Positions 60,656 to 64,000 of a stretch of DNA of 64,000 nucleotides are shown one piece after another (within the stretch, counting starts at the first letter, position 1; the number at the start of each line of letters is the position of its first letter). The notes under the pieces were generated by a model. The model searched no databases, was not told where the DNA came from, and saw nothing but the letters and a program-made list of their open reading frames with translations. A program made the translations under genes and the position numbers. The DNA is taken from assembly GCF_018977255.1 (NCBI RefSeq), contig NW_024704744.1, forward strand, positions 88,660,001 through 88,724,000. The letters are read 5' to 3'. This stretch comes from Callorhinchus milii (Eukaryota).

Positions 60656-61859
60656 CACCTGATACGTCTTGCACACACAGAGGAGGGGCAGAAAACGATA
60701 TACTTGCAGTCAGCACACCAGGATATCCCCAAGATCGAGAGAGAAAACCTCACCTGGGAGTTACGTCAGGATAGGTATTTCTAGTGTTTATTGGATAAAA
60801 AAAAAATTTTTTATTGGATATATTTTATCGGGGAGTTTCAGTTACAATCTGTTCCCTGGATCTTTATGTCTTGTAGAACTTGTAGTATGGACTGTAAAAT
60901 TTAAAATTTAAAAAATGACTTCTCATGGCAAGAGCAGAAGTTTTCAAAGGCTTGGCTTCAGTGCAGAAACCATAATTCCCTTCGATTTCAGCCTCTGCCA
61001 TGGGCTATGATCCAGAAATTGCTCAGTTTTCCCAAAACAGGAAGCTAATTTCTAAATTGCAGTTGCTAGAAGCTGGGTTCAGCCCACAGTTTCATTGTAG
61101 TTAACAACATGCCACTTGTTTGGTGTTTCTGTCTGAAAAAACTTTCAAAGCACTTTAGAATTAGACTTTTAATGCCACAGATAGTGCTTCACATAACCGG
61201 AAGCACACAGTAGAAATCCAGACCTGGAATTCAGCAACTCTAACCCAGCCAGCTATGAACTCAGAACAGATTAATAGTTCTTTAGTGGTTTTGGGAGACG
61301 AAAAATGGGTTATTCTCTTCATAAGCACTGAAAAACATGTTAATTTTGTTAACTAGCACACACAGTATTCAAAACACAACTTTTTTGAGGTCTCCAGCAA
61401 GTTACGACCTGGACCAATAGAAAAGTGCAGCTGCACATTTTCTGCAGAATCTGCTACAAATGGCCCTCCACTACAAACCTGTACCCACAGTGTGTTAGGC
61501 CCAGGCCTCTCGAGGGACTCTGGACTCACATGCGTGGCATGGGGAGGGTTGGGATCGTGGAAGCTACACAAGCAGGAAATCGGCTTCGCTAGTGAGTGAC
61601 CCACGAGAGACATACCAGCTCCGTCTCAATACTGCCGTCTGTTTGCTCGACGACCGGCCTAAACTGAGCTCCTGTGACAAATTCTTCGTAAGTGCTGTAC
61701 TAGTCAAATTAATATATTTTGTATTTTAAATTACCAAACCTACAGCGTATTCTCATCCTCAGTTATTACAGTTTAAGAATCGAAAATTAGAACTTTCACC
61801 GCAGTGCTGTCACTAAGTTTGGATTAGCTGATAATACAATTGCACATTATAAGCCTTGT

Positions 61860-62600
61860 ACAACAACAACTTGCACTTATAAAGCACCCTCCATGCAGGA
61901 TAGTGCCTCAGAACGCTTAACAGAGCCTGACTCTGAGCCTGGGTGGTGGGGGTGTGATCACAAGCACAGTCAACGAGGAAGGTTTTCAGATGGATCTTGA
62001 AAAAGGGGAGAAAGGGGGCAAGGCGGAGGGATTGAAGGAGAGTGTTCCAGAGTTTCGGGGCGCAGTGGCTGAAAGCACGACCTCCAGTTGTGGGGAGGAG
62101 GGTGTGAGGGACGAGCAGGAGGCCGGTGCTAGTCGAGCGGAGGAACCTGGTGGTGGATTGGGGTTTGAGGAGGTCGGAGAGTTAGGGAGGTGCCAGGGAG
62201 TGAAGGGATTTGAACACGAGTTTGGGGATCTTGAAGTCGATCCGTTCAGTTATAGGGAGCCAGTGGAGCCTGGCCAGAACTGGTGAGATGTGGGTACGGA
62301 CTTTGGTCCAGGTAACTATGCGGGCGGCAGAATTCTGAACGAGCTGGATTTTTCGAATGGTGGAGCTGGGGAGACCAGTGAGGAGTGCATTTGAGTAATC
62401 CAGGCAGGAGGTGACAAAGGCATGCACGAGGGTTTCGGCTGTATTTCAGGTAAGGTACGGTCGGAAGTGGGCAATGAGGCGGAAGAAGACTGTCCTCGTC
62501 AGGGACCGGATGTGGGGGAGAAAGGATAGCTGGGGGTCGAACCGGACGCCTGGATTGGACACTGGTTCGTGAGTGTTAGGGAGAGCCCCGGGAGGTTGAA
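61860..62600 (-). mobile_element. 5-prime-truncated L2 LINE
   Basis: [19 protein letters not shown]...[17 protein letters not shown]; same subfamily as 56954. Confidence 0.92.
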
Positions 62601-64000
62601 GACTTCAAGATCCTCAAACTGGGCCTCTTTCACAGAAAGAGTAAGCACTGTATGAAAACCCTAAAATGAAGCTGAACTAAACGTCACATCATTAAAGCTT
62701 TGCTAAGATGTCAGAGACAAGAATACACTTTTTGATGGGATTTTTTGTGGGAATTTTTGGAGCATTTTCAGAAGTGTTTTATGCAGTGAAGGCTAATGTG
62801 AAGAGATACTGTAATTATGTGCGTTTATAATAGGGTTTGTTTAAGTGCAGCCTCTGAAACAGTCATTGCATTATTATAAGCAAATTCTATGCACCGTGCA
62901 GTGAAGCCCTTTTATAATGATAATCCTTGCATTCGATAAGAGCATTTATAATGTCAAAACTTAATGTTCAACTGCACATATTACACAATGGGTAGGTTGC
63001 TCAAGCTGCTTCAAGGATAGTGTCACTCAGGGACACACAAAATAAAAGACCATAACTAACAAAAGATCACTATAGATTCTGAATAAGTTTCCTGATTTGC
63101 CAAAAGAGCAGGTATTATGAATACAAAAAAATTTGCAGTACAAGTAACCTAAACACATGAAGAGTAAACAAACCTAAACAAACAAGCAAGGATTTATTTT
63201 TGTCTTTAATCCAAAATACACAAATTATGTTGAAGTACTTGAGATATTTTGCCATTTTTCATTATGTTCCGCAGATTCCCCCCATCCTGCATTCTTCGGG
63301 TACAATTGTCACAAACTTGTAACCATGAAGGTAAATCAAGCATTTTCAACAATGTTAGAATAAAATTTATAAATAAAGTAATTATGCAATATATCCCTTC
63401 CCCCAGAGCTATACGATGTTTTGATAAACTCCGCACTATATACAGGATGATCAATATAAAAAAATTACAATTCTGTAGCATCTTTCACATGGGAAGGACG
63501 TCTCAAGGTGCTTAAATATTAGAGAAATACAGATCAGGTATCTGAAAAATGTTAATGGGGCTGAAATATAATCCAAGAGTTGAGATGAAGGGCAAAGGCT
63601 ATTATAGTAGTTACATTTAAATAGTTCCTACTTTATATTCCCTGGCAGTGAAATCACACACTGATGAAAGAGTCTTTCAAATAATCCCCTGCCCAACCGC
63701 TGGTCCTCCCCTCCTCACTCTCAGGTGAGATGGTTTAAACAATGGCTGATGTTTTAATGGTTAACAGCAGCGAGAGTTGATCCGGCTTCCTGGAAGGTGA
63801 ATTCACATTCATGGAAAATGAAACAAATCCTAGGCTAATCACTGCTGAGTTCTACTATTATTGTTGGAAGAATATAAAACAAAATCCAGTTACTACTTCC
63901 AAGTCACCTGAATTTCAAAACCATTTTACAGGGGGACACTTATGTCAGTCACGCATAATATATGGGTGATCAACATAATTTCCTGTAGGCTGCTCCAATC

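Noticed and set aside
61480-61680. CpG-richer patch that might be the KCTD3 promoter or exon 1
   Set aside because: Too short for a CpG island, and I found no BTB N-terminal LNVGG-type coding sequence on the - strand
1-64000. CRISPR array, prokaryotic operon or defence system
   Set aside because: The sequence is intron-rich vertebrate DNA with no regularly spaced repeat-spacer array and no long uninterrupted ORF clusters

Overview
This is eukaryotic (vertebrate) genomic DNA. The repeat landscape (L2 and CR1 LINE fragments, tRNA-Ala-headed and Deu-domain-type SINEs) suggests a cartilaginous fish, possibly a chimaera; this is inference. The window holds two convergent genes. On the + strand are the last exons of USH2A/usherin (FN3 repeats, transmembrane helix, cytoplasmic tail ending DTQL*, 3090-22360). 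On the - strand are coding exons 2-18 of KCTD3 (BTB plus WD40-like repeats, 60151 down to the stop at 29890); exon 1 was not found and presumably lies beyond 64000. All exon boundaries were read by hand, obey GT-AG and form consistent phase chains. Exon numbers follow my recollection of the human genes. Most ORF-track entries are repeat debris. The best leads concern splicing: an intact homologue of the 72-nt inner-ear USH2A exon with downstream Rbfox/QKI motifs, a frame-preserving 105-nt candidate exon in the usherin cytoplasmic tail behind a 188-nt AG-free zone, a 72-nt candidate juxtamembrane exon, and two frame-preserving candidate microexons (21 nt, 12 nt) in KCTD3. None of the candidates can be confirmed without transcript data. 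Repeat boundaries are approximate. No CRISPR array, rRNA or genuine tRNA gene was found.
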